Shown here: piece after piece, positions 1 to 13,242 of the stretch
How positions within the stretch are numbered: position 1 is the first letter of the stretch
Layout of the letters: every line of letters begins with the position of its first letter
Origin: Octopus vulgaris
Lineage: Eukaryota
DNA length: 64,000 nt
Assembly (NCBI GenBank): GCA_951406725.2
Contig: OX597831.1
Span: 11,098,001 to 11,162,000, forward strand
Direction: 5' to 3'
Position numbers and translations under genes: made by a program
Notes under the pieces: model-generated
The model's input: the letters and a program-made list of their open reading frames with translations, nothing else
Told to the model about the DNA's origin: nothing
The model's database searches: none

Positions 1-28
1 GGACTTTTGTTTCTTTTTATAGTATTAT

Positions 29-68
<40 letters not shown>

Positions 69-70
69 AC

Positions 71-236
71 AGGCGCAGGCCTGCGTGTGTCGCAAGTAGC
101 TTGGTTACCATCCACATGGTTCCAGGTTCACTGCATGGAACCTTGGGCAAATGACTACTACTATAGCCTCGGGCGACGAAAATCCTGTTAGTGGATTTGG
201 TTGACGAAAACTGAAAGAGGGAAGAAGCCGGTCGTA
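71..236 (+). mobile_element. tRNA-derived SINE family A, 5' head
   Basis: ggcgcagg...ccacatggttccaggttca...cttgggcaa...ggatttggttgacgaaaactgaaaga; the same head recurs more than 10 times in the window and is followed by (TA)/(TACA)n. Confidence 0.85.
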
Positions 237-277
237 TACAAATACATACATACATACATACATACATACACACATAC

Positions 278-351
<74 letters not shown>

Positions 352-359
352 GTATATGC

Positions 360-392
<33 letters not shown>

Positions 393-395
<3 letters not shown>

Positions 396-575
396 GTCAC
401 CACCTTTAGTCCAACAAATCGAGCCCAGGACTTATTCTTTGTAAGTCTAGTACTTATTCTATCGGTCTCTTTTTGCCGAACCGCTAAGTTACGTGGACGT
501 AAACACACCAACATCGGTTGTGTTGCAATGGTGGGGGGACAAACAGACACCATTATGCATACACACACAAGAACC

Positions 576-641
<66 letters not shown>

Positions 642-1042
642 TAAATAAATGGTACAACGAAGTACCGATATTTACTGGAAAATAGCGATCGTAATAAATA
701 CGACGCTATTGTATAGCTTCACTGCGTATATACTAGCAAAGACGTGTGTGTGCAACAAACATGAAAAACATTTGTCTTACCTCTAGGAAGAACATCTGAA
801 AAATGAAAAACCTAGAAACGGATAATGCAGGACCGGTTTCAGACTCTTCAAATACGGTTGACAACGTAGATTTGATTTGTCATCATCAGCTGCATATACC
901 TAGACAAAATTTCAAATGTTGCCATATCTATGCCCGTACACTCGTCTGAACGCCAAAACGTTAACAGAACGAGAACAGTGAAGAAGTTTCAATGAAAATA
1001 GTAATGCAATACGAAAGTATATATATATAGCACCCCCCCCCC

Positions 1043-1109
<67 letters not shown>

Positions 1110-1285
1110 TTCTAGGTTTTTCATTTTTCAGATGTTCTTCCTAGAGGTAAGACAAATGTTTTTCATGTTTGTTGCACACACACGTCTTTGCTAGTATATA
1201 CGCAGTGAAGCTATACAATAGCGTCGTATTTATTACGATCGCTATTTTCCAGTAAATATCGGTACTTCGTTGTACCATTTATTTA

Positions 1286-1323
<38 letters not shown>

Positions 1324-1527
1324 GTGTGTGTGTGTGTGGGTGGGTGTGCTTGTGTGTGTATGCATAATGATGTCTGTTTGTCCCCCCACCATTACAACAC
1401 AACCGATGTTGGTGTGTTTACGTCCACGTAACTTAGCGGTTCGGCAAAAAGAGACCGATAGAATAAGTACTAGACTTACAAAGAATAAGTCCTGGGCTCG
1501 ATTTGTTGGACTAAAGGTGGTGACCTA
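393..1527. repeat. Long inverted duplication: arms ~393-824 and ~1103-1527
   Basis: 641-824 is the reverse complement of 1103-1287; the SINE A tail at 393-560 is the reverse complement of ~1360-1527. Confidence 0.93.
825..895 (-). ncRNA. Type I hammerhead ribozyme (Penelope-like/retrozyme type)
   Basis: Minus strand reads atgcag-CTGATGA-t gac aaa tcaaat..atttga aga gtc t-GAAAC-cg-GTC-ctgcat: 6-bp stem I, extended stem II, palindromic stem III ACCGGT. Confidence 0.82.
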
Positions 1528-1565
1528 TCATGGCCACAGTCAAATGACGAAACGAGTAAAAGAAT
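1370..1565 (+). mobile_element. SINE family A, 3' half
   Basis: tgtttgtcccccc...cttagcggttcggcaaaaagagaccgatagaataagtact...catggccacagtcaaatgac tail. Confidence 0.85.
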
Positions 1566-1926
1566 TAAAAAAAATAAAAAAGAATACATATATATATATA
1601 TATGTTTGTATTATATATATATATATACAAACATATATATAAGATATAAATCTATATAAACACACGCATATATATATATATATATGCACATATACATATA
1701 TGGCTATGTAAGCTAATAATTGGTGCGCGCGTGTGAGGTGTATAAAAATAATGAACCAGACAAAATGTATTTTGTTTCGCCTAGAGGTATGGTAGTTTGT
1801 AATTTATAGAAGAGTGAAGGCCCATTATTTACAGAAATCACGACAGACAGACATAGAAAAGGGCACAAAGGTACCTATAAGATTAAATGAGTTTCTGTAT
1901 ATGTGTGTATATATATATATATATAA

Positions 1927-1974
<48 letters not shown>

Positions 1975-2030
1975 GCACTCTCATACATACGTGCGTATGT
2001 GTATATATACTGTATATATATATATACATA

Positions 2031-2089
<59 letters not shown>

Positions 2090-2606
2090 TATACATATGT
2101 ATGTATATAAGAACATTATTTGCGTGTATAGATATATATTGTAAAAAAATAAATGTGTTTATATATATGTATGTTATGCATAATATATTATATATATATA
2201 TATATCCATATATATTTCATATTTTGTGTGTGTGTGTGTGTGTGTTTGTATTTATACTTGTGTATCTGAGTTAACACATATACACATATATTGTATACAG
2301 AAATATACTTTTTAAATATTCGTGTGTAGGTATATGAATACAAACATACACACACACAAAACACACACACACATAATATATACACGTATATACATATATA
2401 ACCATCTAATGGTTATATTTTTGTTAAATGTTCCTCTCTCTGCCATTGTCCCATATTTTGCATAATAGACAGATGTTTCTTATCAAAAACATCCTTCCCT
2501 CTCGCCTACCTTTTCGACACTCACCGAATCTTTATTCACACCAAGCACGAATCACACATTAATACATTCACATCACTATATATCAAACCCTATAATATAT
2601 ACATAA

Positions 2607-2637
<31 letters not shown>

Positions 2638-2813
2638 AATATATATATATATGTATATATATATATAGATAGATAGATAGACATAGATATATATACATAT
2701 ATATATATGTGTGTGTATATATGTATATATATATATATACATATATATATACGTTCATATACATATATATATATATATATATATAAATATATATATATAC
2801 ATACACTTATTTA

Positions 2814-2855
<42 letters not shown>

Positions 2856-3694
2856 CACATCATATATACACATACACTTATATATATATAAAGTGTATGT
2901 GAGTGTGTCATATTTTGATTATGTCTTTATATTAATCAACATATATGCATGTATGTATGTATATTTCGAAGTACGTGAGTGTATAAGTAATTATTCGAAA
3001 TGGCGCACTATTTCACACGATACATAAATTGTTCCTAATACATCTGTCCCAAAGATCTCTCCATCGCTCCCCCCGTCTCTCTCTCTCTCTCAATCTATCT
3101 ATTTCTCTATCTCAATCTATATATCTATCAATCTATCTATCTATCTCTCTATCTCTCTCCTCCTCACTCTCACCCTTTCTCTTATATTGCATTCATTCCC
3201 TGTCTAGACCAATTCTTAAATTTTAATTTATCACGATCCCCACCTCATCGCTGTTGTTGTTGTTGTTGTTGTTATTGCTTATTGATATCAAATATTGATG
3301 CTGCTACTACTACTACTACTGCTACTACTACTGCTACTGCTGCTGCTGCTGCTGCTGCTGGTGGTGGTGGTGGTGCGGGCTGCTCCGCTCCATTAACACC
3401 TCATCTTTATCAAACCCTCTCATTCGAAATTCTCCTATTAACTTACAAAAATCTGATTTTTCAATCGTCATTCACACGATTTTCCTCCTCTCTTTCCGGC
3501 ACTCTCCCCCCTCTCTCCCACTCTCTATTTTTGTGTATGTGTGTTCGCATATGTGTGTGTATGTGTGTTCGCATATGTGTGTGTATGTGAACGTTTTCTG
3601 GGTAGAATTCTAATAAACACATGATTACATTAAACGGAGTGATTACTCGATACTTTTAGTGCATATTTATTATTCTGTAATAAGAATAGCGTTA

Positions 3695-3727
3695 CAAGCC
3701 AAGCCAAGCCAAGCCAAGCCAAGCCAA
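3695..3727 (+). repeat. (CAAGC)n pentanucleotide microsatellite
   Basis: About six tandem copies of caagc. Confidence 0.9.
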
Positions 3728-3777
3728 GGCATGTTGGTCTCGTAGCCGTGGACAGTGAGCACAATGGCGCCCAGAGC

Positions 3778-3885
3778 GTTGCCCATGACACTCCATGGAC
3801 CCTAAGTAAGGCATGTGTAAAATTTGAATGAAATTGGTTGTGTAGTTCTCAAGTTTTAGGGATTCACACTGACAGACAAACACAA
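3778..3885 (-). mobile_element. Non-autonomous Helitron-like fragment
   Basis: ggaccctaagtaaggcatgtgtaaaatttgaatgaaattggttgtgtagttctcaag module, also at ~4493, ~5222, ~37590 and ~37735. Confidence 0.55.
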
Positions 3886-4344
3886 CAACGCTTTCCTTGC
3901 GAGGAACCAACAAACGTGATAACAATAGTTAAACAGAAATAATAATAACAATCCTTACGGTAAACCAAAAAGCAGTACTCTGTTGAAACTATAGGCCTTT
4001 ATGGATCAGAAATAAACCAACAGCGGCACTCAGTAGAAGCATCTTTCGAGAAAACAGACATCACATACAGCCAAACTTCATCTAGATACTTAATGCTAGC
4101 TAATTAGCAAATAATCTAATGTAAAAGCCGTGCACACCTCCATCTGGACTATTCCATTTCTGCACTTAAATTTTATTTTTAATTTATTCACATTCATGTG
4201 AAACCACTGATTCAAGTTCAAGTCATTGATGCAATTTTATACCAATTGCTATTTTTACATTTGTTATGTTACGATTATATTATACTTTAGTTTGATTTTA
4301 ATTATTACTTACTACATATAATTCAATTGTTATTATTATTTTTA

Positions 4345-5330
4345 TTGTTAAAGTGAAAGTATCTGACATAAAATAGAGAGATGTTTTTGTTTCACTTTTA
4401 ACACGTAATACTGAAATAGTGGAGAAGATATGATATTGCTATGGGCTCGCTCTAGGTAAGAAGTTGAACATTTTTTTGCCCATGAAACTACATGGACCCT
4501 AAGTAAGGCATGTGTAACATCTGAATGGAATTGGTTGTGTAGTTCTCATGTTTTAGGAATTCGCACAGACACACATTCCATGCCAAGGTACAACACATTG
4601 GGACTGAACCCAGGACCATGTGTTTTAGAACGAAGTTTGTTACCACACAGCCACACCTGTACCTATGTGTGTGTGTATGGATGTATATATGTATGCATGT
4701 ATATATGTGAATATATATATGTGTACATATTACATGTACATCTATATATATATGCATCTACACATATACATGTATACATATACATCTTTATGTATAGAAA
4801 TAAATGTATACATATACAGCTATACACACATACACAGCTATACACACATACATAGGTGCAGGTGTGGCTGTGTGGTAACAAACTTCGTTCCAAAATACAT
4901 GGTTCTGGATTTAAATTTAAATTCAAAATAATAAGGGTGAGAAATTGAATATTAATTTGATTGATATGAATTGAAAACCAGTGGTGTAGCATACAAGACC
5001 ATAGCGGATCTTCTTTTAGCAAAATGGATGTCTACTGTTAATAGTTCAACCCTCTTATATAATAGTTTGACTTTAATAGTTTCAGTATTAAAGTGAAAGT
5101 ATCTGACATTACAATAGAGAGATGTTTTTATTTCACTTTTAACACGTAATACTGAAATAGTGGAGAATATATGATATTGCTGTGGGTTCGCCGTAGGCAG
5201 GAATTTGGAATGACACACCCTGGACCCTAAGTAAGGCATGTGTAAAATTTGAATGAAATTGGTTGAGTAGTTCTCAAGTTTTAGGGAATCACACAGACAG
5301 ACACACACATTCTCAGTTTTATATATATAT
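4345..5330 (-). mobile_element. Composite of Helitron-like modules and an inverted pair of diverged SINE A heads
   Basis: Two copies of the aagtgaaagtatctgacat...ggaccctaagtaaggc module; 4612-4668 is inverted relative to 4849-4908; 4599-5330 matches 36950-37850. Confidence 0.65.
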
Positions 5331-5349
5331 AAAGACACACTCACACACA

Positions 5350-5418
<69 letters not shown>

Positions 5419-5860
5419 GATATTGATAAAAATGGTAAGACAACGGAAGAAAGAAAGAGACCTCGATATTATGTAAATAGAGGAATTTATCAGCTTGGTA
5501 TTGTGAGAAGATATAATTTGTGAAAGATTTCTAGTGTTAGAGAAAGCGATTCTTACTATGTGGGAATTGATAATAGAATAATAACTAGAATTTCTGGGAA
5601 AGTCCCTAGCGACGGCTTCACGGAACTGTAAGGGAAGGTTCGATTTAATTTGTTTACCGAAAGGTATTACGAACCAGATACAGTTCTTAGTGGCCTTTCA
5701 CTGGTTCCCTACCTATCATTCCTTTAACCCTTCTCTTCCTACTATCTAACTTTGACGTCAATTATTCTAACGGTTTTTTTAAAAAATCACTTATTGTCGT
5801 TTTGTTTACCATGTAGGCAGTCATCGAAATTTCTGTTTGTCTTGTTGCCGAGAGAGGCTC

Positions 5861-5953
5861 CCTTTCTTTCCTGATGAGAAGATTGCATCATACACCCTTT
5901 ATTCCTTTGGAATGAAACCATGTGGTCTTCGAAACATATGTCGAGAGTAAAGG
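5861..5953 (+). ncRNA. Type I hammerhead ribozyme with complete catalytic core
   Basis: cctttctttc-CTGATGA-gaagattgcat...atgtggtcttc-GAAAC-atat-GTC-gagagtaaagg: stem I 10 bp with one bulge, stem II 11 bp with G-U pairs, palindromic stem III ACATATGT; predicted cleavage after 5942. Confidence 0.9.
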
Positions 5954-5989
5954 AATTTTGTTAACATCTTCGTTCGACTCCATTCTTTC

Positions 5990-6027
<38 letters not shown>

Positions 6028-6070
6028 TGTATATATATATATATATATACTGTATATATTTATATATATA

Positions 6071-6113
<43 letters not shown>

Positions 6114-6189
6114 CTGTATATATATATATATATATATATGCATATATACATATACACACATACACACACAAGCAAACACACATATATAT

Positions 6190-6295
6190 AGGCGCAGTCG
6201 AGGCCAAGTGGTAAGAAGCTTGTTTGCCAACCACATGGTTCCAGGTGGTGTCCCAGAATGGCTGCAGTCTAATGAGGGAAACAAGGTAAGATCCA
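6190..6295 (+). mobile_element. Internally deleted SINE A (head fused to tail end)
   Basis: ggcgcag...ccacatggttccagg joined directly to ggtggtgtcccagaatggctgcagtctaatga. Confidence 0.6.
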
Positions 6296-6785
6296 GTACT
6301 TTATGCCATCATTGGTCCCTTGATTACGCCCCCCCCCTTATTCAGCCTCGCCAGGAAATTGTTTATTCTACAGAGTGAAATAGTTGCTTGTAGATATGAT
6401 CCAGATTTTTCTATTCTTCGTTTATCACGGATATATTTAACACAGCTTTTTTTTAATTTTCTGGGTTGTTTGAAACATAAATCCGTGATAAACGAAGATA
6501 GATGCAAGAACATATTCAGAAAATAATGATATAGATATGCAAAATGATTGAAAAGTTTAAGGGAAGTTACACAAGCACATGCAAACTTGTTCAAATAGGA
6601 ACGTTCACATATCTCCATAAACGCGCACACGCACACACGGACATGCGCGCGCGCACCCCCACACACGGACATGCGCGCGCGCACCCCCACACACACGCAT
6701 GCACACTGTCATATGCATTTATACACACTCATTCATGCATATTCACACACACACAAAAACATATTGGGAAACTGGAATATATTGA

Positions 6786-7625
6786 TGGCAGAAACGTTAG
6801 CATGCCGTGCGAAATGCTTAGCGGTATTTCGTCTGCCGCTACGTTCTGAGTTCAAATTCCACCGAGGTCGACTTTGCCTTTCATCCTTTCGGGGTCGATA
6901 AATTAAGTACCAGTTACGCACTGGGGTCGATGTAATCGACTTAATACCTATGTCTGTCCTTGTTTGTCCCCTCTGTGTTTAGCCCCTTGTGGGTAATAAA
7001 GAAATAGGTATTTCGTCTGCCGCTACGTTCTGAGTTCAAATTCCGCCGAGGTTCACTTTGCCTTTCATCCTTTGTGTGTGATGGGGTAGGGAGAGGAGGT
7101 TGATTGAAAAATATCAGTTGTGGAGTGGAGACGATAAATACCAGTTACACACTGAGGTCGATATAATCGACTTAATCCGTTTGTCTGTCCCTGTTTGTTC
7201 CCCCTGTGTTTAGTTCCTTCTGGGTAGTAAAGAAATAGGTATTTCGTCTGCCGCTACGATCTGAATTCAAATTCTGCAATGGTCGACTTTGCCTTTCGTC
7301 CTTTCGGGGTCGATAAATTAAGTACCAGTTTCGTACTGTGGTCGATCTAATCGACTGGCTCACTTCCCCCTCCACCCTCCCAAAAAAATTTCGAGCCTTG
7401 TGCCTAGAGTAGAAAAGAATATCTTTGTACGCCGGGCAAAAAGCTTAGCAGTATTTCGTCCATTGTTACGTTCTAAGTTCAAATTCTGCCGGGGTCGAGT
7501 TTACCTTTCATCTTTTGTGTGTGATGGGGTAGGGAGGGGAGGTTGATTGAAAAACATCAGTTGTGGAGTGGAGACGATAAAATCGACCACCTCCCCGACT
7601 AAAAGTTGCTGAACTTGTGTCAAAA
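6786..7625 (+). mobile_element. Cluster of SINE family B copies with internal tandem duplications
   Basis: Repeated ggtatttcgtctgccgctacgttctgagttcaaattccgccgaggtcgactttgcctttcatcctttcggggtcgat. Confidence 0.85.
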
Positions 7626-7659
7626 TTTTAAATCACTATTTTGCTATGTTTATTCTTTT

Positions 7660-8225
7660 CTGATGTAGGTAGAAAGCTCGAAATTTTGGGGAAGGGAGAC
7701 AGTCGATTGGATCGACCCCAGTACTTAATTTATCGACCCCGAAAGGATGAAAAGCAAAGTCGACCTCGGCGAAATTTGAACTCAGAACGTAACGGCAGAC
7801 GAAATACCAAATTTCTTTACTATCCACAAGGGGCTAAACATAGAAAGGACAAACAAGGACAGACAAACGGATTAAGTCGATTATATGGAATCCAGTGCGT
7901 AACTGGTACTTAATTTATCGACCCCGAAAGGATTAAAGGCAAAGTTGACCTCGGCAGAATTTAAACTGAGAACGTAACGGCAGACGAAATACCTATTTCT
8001 TTGCTACCCACAAGGGGCTAAGCACAGAGGAGACAAACAAGGACAGACAAACGGATTAAGTTGATTATATCAACCCCAGTGCGAAACTGGTACTTATTTA
8101 ATCGACCTCGAAAGGATGAAAGACAAAGTCGACCTCGGCGAACTTTGAACTTAGAACGTAGCGGCAGACGAAATACCGCTAAGCATTTCGCCCGGCGTGC
8201 TAACGATTCTGCCAGCTCGCCGCCT
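7660..8225 (-). mobile_element. SINE family B multimer, reverse orientation
   Basis: Three repeats of atcgaccccgaaaggatgaaag..gtcgacctcggc..tttgaactcagaacgta, ending ctgccagctcgccgcc. Confidence 0.85.
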
Positions 8226-8326
8226 CGGCGTATAAAGATTTTGTCGTATAAACTGCAGACCCGTAACTTTCCAAAAGGCTCAAAAACACTCATACACATG
8301 CATACATACATACATACATACATACA

Positions 8327-8357
<31 letters not shown>

Positions 8358-8763
8358 TTACATACATACATACATACATTGAAACATACGCACACACATA
8401 CATACATATACACATACATATATGCAAACATAAACATACACATTTAAGTATGTATTTGTGTCTGTATGTGTGTGTGTGCGTGTGTGCGCGAGCATGTGTG
8501 TATGATTGTGTGTATGATTGTGTGTGTGTATTTTAGTTTGTGTGTTTGTGTGCTTGGTTGTATGTGTGTATGTTGTGTGCTTGTTTGTTTCTGTGTTTGT
8601 TTGTGTGTGTGTGTGTGTGTGAGAGCGCTTGGATCAATGACTTCGAAGTTACTATCATTGACATATCAGACACCGCACATTTATCGACACTGTCTGCTGT
8701 TTTTAAGCATCTAAAAATATATTTTATTCTATGCATATGAGAGATATGCACAACATGTGTATA

Positions 8764-8848
<85 letters not shown>

Positions 8849-8950
8849 TGTATATATATATGTATGTATGTATATATATGTATGTATGTATATATATATG
8901 TATGTATGTATATATATATATGTATGTAGGTATATATATATGTATGTATG

Positions 8951-9017
<67 letters not shown>

Positions 9018-9923
9018 CAATGCAAATAGAACAGCATACACTTCGGTACATATACACACATATATAAAATCGGGCGTACACAGGCACTGTGATGCACAAG
9101 TATACATGAACACGCATATACACACACGCGCAAGCACACACGCGCAAGCACACACGTTCGCACACGCATACACACCTGCGTACACACACACACACACACA
9201 CACACACGTACACGTGCGCGCACACATACACACATGCGTATAAACACAACGTTGAAAACAGCGAACACCGACACACTGTGAAACGTTTTAAACAAACATG
9301 AAAGCTCATTCCGACAACAAACAAGCTTAAAAAGACACAAGAAAATAATGAATAAATATAGCAAAAACAAACAACAACATACCAACAATAATAATACAAC
9401 ACTGTGTGAGAAGGAGAGACAAAGAAATGAGAGAAAGAGAAAGAGGGAGAGAAGGAGAGCACGTGGTAAAGAGTCAGGGCAAATGTGATTATTTGAAGCG
9501 CGTAAAACAAAAATTTCCTGATGATATAACTGGCGTGTGTAAATCACATAATAACTTCAGATATTCGCACAACTAATTGCAGTTTTTGTGTATATAATAT
9601 GGCGGAGACAGAGGCAGAGAAATTGAATCAAAAATGGCAGCTCTATTTACACGGAAGTTACCTCGCATCTACGCACGCCTTACCGCCTTCCCGCCTTCCC
9701 GCCTGCATCGCTTGTAAAACCGCGCGTCTCGGATATAAACGCTTTATTCTGTCGCTGCTGAACGCAATGATTGATCTTGCGTAGGCGTGAATACTTTTGT
9801 CGCATATAGATATGTAGGTGCGCGTTAAGTATGCATATATACATACACACGCACATGCATGCACACATACGCACATACATGCATACATACATACATACAT
9901 ATATACATATGTATATGTATACA

Positions 9924-10008
<85 letters not shown>

Positions 10009-10039
10009 CATGTGTGTGTGTGTGTATTTATACAGAGTG

Positions 10040-10295
<256 letters not shown>

Positions 10296-10412
10296 GAGAG
10301 AGAGAGATAGAGAGAGTATATACTAATTAATATACGTTAATATTGGATTATCAGTGTACATGTATAATATATAATTGCCTGAATATATACATTTCTCTGT
10401 GTATATATCATT

Positions 10413-10575
10413 GGCGCAGGAGTGGCTGTAGGGTAAGAAGCTTACTCACCAACCATATGGTTCTGGGTTAAGCCCCACTGCGTAGCACTTTGGACAAGGG
10501 TGTTTTGCTATAGCCTTGGGACCACCAAACCCTTGTGATTGGATTTCATAGACGGAAATTGAAAGAAGCCTATCG

Positions 10576-10624
<49 letters not shown>

Positions 10625-10671
10625 GTATGTGTGTGTGTGTGTATGTGTGTGTGTGTATGTATGTATACGTA

Positions 10672-10708
<37 letters not shown>

Positions 10709-10982
10709 ACGTATGTATGTATGTATGTATGTATGTAGGTATGTTTATATATATGTATGTATGTATGTATGTGTGTGTCTGTGTTTGTCGCCCCACCATC
10801 ACTTGACAGCCCATCTTGGTGTGTTTACCTCCGCGTAACTTAGCGGTTCGGCAAAAAGAAACCGATAGAATAAGTACTAGGCTTACAAAGAATAAGTCCG
10901 GGGTCCAATTTGTTCGACTAAAGTCGGTGCTCCAGCATGACCACAGTCAAATGACTGAAACAAATAAAAGAGAATAAAAGAG
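10413..10982 (+). mobile_element. Full-length bipartite SINE A with internal microsatellite
   Basis: Head 10413-10577, (TA)/(TG)/(TATG)n 10578-10775, tail 10776-10982. Confidence 0.88.
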
Positions 10983-11236
10983 AATATGTACGTGTCTGCT
11001 TGTGTATGTATAAATGTGTGTGTGTGTGTGTGTGTGTGTATCGTTCTATCTATTATATGTGCGCGTGTATAAATACATATGTATACACATAAACACATTC
11101 ATAATTATAAATACATCAATTATTTCTTATGTGTGCATATATATATACATGTGTGTGCGTGTGCGTTTGTGTGTGCGTTCGTTTTTGTGAATCTGTGTGG
11201 TTATGTGTGTGAGTGTGTGAGCATGTATTTCTATGT

Positions 11237-11268
<32 letters not shown>

Positions 11269-11741
11269 TTGTCTGCATAAGACATTGTGGAGAGAATGCG
11301 ATTACGGTTGATTGTTAATTTCGGGATGAGCGTATATCGATACATCGCACTCCAAGACAACACCATACTTCCTTCCACTCCTCCTCCTCCACACACACAT
11401 ACACGCGTATACATCTGCGTATGTCTATGTGTGTGTGTTTAAGAGCGATAGAATGTATATGTAGGTCTGTGTGTGCGGGTGTGTGTATACGTGTGCGCGT
11501 GTCTGCTCGGTTAATCTTCCCCCCCCCCGTGATACACTGCTTAGCAGCGGTTATATGTTATTGTATCAAATTGGTGACGTAGCCAAGAAGGGGTTGATTT
11601 GTAAAGTGAAGATGACGAGGGAGCTGATGATAGGGGAATCTGAAGGAGAAAAGGGACACAATTAAAGGAGGTAGGGAAAGAGGGAAGGAATACGTAACGG
11701 GGACATTAAGGCCAAAATTGTCCACACACATAGGCACGCAG

Positions 11742-11820
<79 letters not shown>

Positions 11821-11821
11821 C

Positions 11822-11900
<79 letters not shown>

Positions 11901-11905
11901 TATAC

Positions 11906-11960
<55 letters not shown>

Positions 11961-12097
11961 CATATATATATACATATATATACATATATATATATATATA
12001 CATATATATACATATATATACATACATATATACAAATATATATATACATATATATATATATATTTATACACACACACTTACACACACATATATATAT

Positions 12098-12202
12098 GCC
12101 CGTGGGCATATGGCGTAATGGTTAAGACCGCGGGTTACTAACCCCAAGATTCCGAGTTCGATTCCAGGCAGTGACTTGAACAACAACAACAACAACAACA
12201 AC

Positions 12203-12285
<83 letters not shown>

Positions 12286-12428
12286 CAATATCGAAGAATA
12301 CCTTAGGAATGAGAACCCAGGTTTGAGATTTCCCCAAGACACCTGAAGAAGGCTGGAGGGTATATCAGCTTAAATGTTGTGTTAACAACAAACATGACGA
12401 GGACAAATATCCGTCGAATGTAAATAAT
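12098..12428 (+). mobile_element. tRNA-head element with (CAA)n(TAA)n spacer and a hammerhead-relic 3' module
   Basis: A box TGGCGTAATGG 12111-12121, B box GTTCGATTCC 12156-12165; gacac-CTGAAGA-aggctg..cagct-taaat-GTT-gtgtt at 12338-12383. Confidence 0.7.
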
Positions 12429-13181
12429 GAAGATTGTTTCCTTCGTCCACTCGTTATGGACAATTGATTGATATTTGTTTACTCTGCTGTTGATGGTGAC
12501 GAAGCAGAGGTGGAGAATGAGGAGGAGGATATTTCGTTGTAGTGGAGTGCAATCTTCCTTGAAAATCTTTTAAATATGGGGATTATATACACCATACTAT
12601 CTGCGTCTAAATATATTCAGAGTTTACTGAAACAATGGGAAAGTTGATGTAAAAATAGGACAACAGAAGCAGCTGGAAATTTTATAGCCAATGTTTGCAA
12701 TAAACCGAGTGTGTAGGAAGTAAAGAACCCTGTTTGTGGCTGCCAGACGGAAACCTGAAACGGGAAACCAAACCGTTAATTCTAGCTGATCAGGAAGAAG
12801 CCATTAGACTAAATTCGATAAGGGATTGATAAATGTCAGTGAGAGAGCAAACGCAGAATCGTAGTAAAGGAGAAAGAGAGACGAAACTATCATCATTTGA
12901 ATGAACACAGTAAGCTAGCACAAAACGAGTAGAAGGACAGGAATGATTGAACCGGTGGAAGAGTGGAATGGGAGGTTTGCCAGTGTGGATGAGTGTGGGT
13001 ATGTGTATGTGTGTGTGTGTGTGTGTGTATGTGTGTGCGTGCGTTTGTGTGTGTGTGAGTAATTTGTGAGAAACCGATTGATGAGAAAGTCTCTCGTGTT
13101 TTGGCTGAAGCAAGAAAGAACTGTTTTTATGCTACAGACGTTTTGTGCACGCATATTAATCTGTCTGTCTTTCTCTTTGTT

Positions 13182-13242
<61 letters not shown>

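Noticed and set aside
6634-6692. 29-bp tandem duplication with a (GC)n run
   Set aside because: Ordinary slippage within a CA/CG microsatellite
12098-12180. Functional tRNA gene (also 21152-21230)
   Set aside because: Acceptor stem does not close, no oligo-T terminator, and the sequence continues into an element body; these are SINE heads
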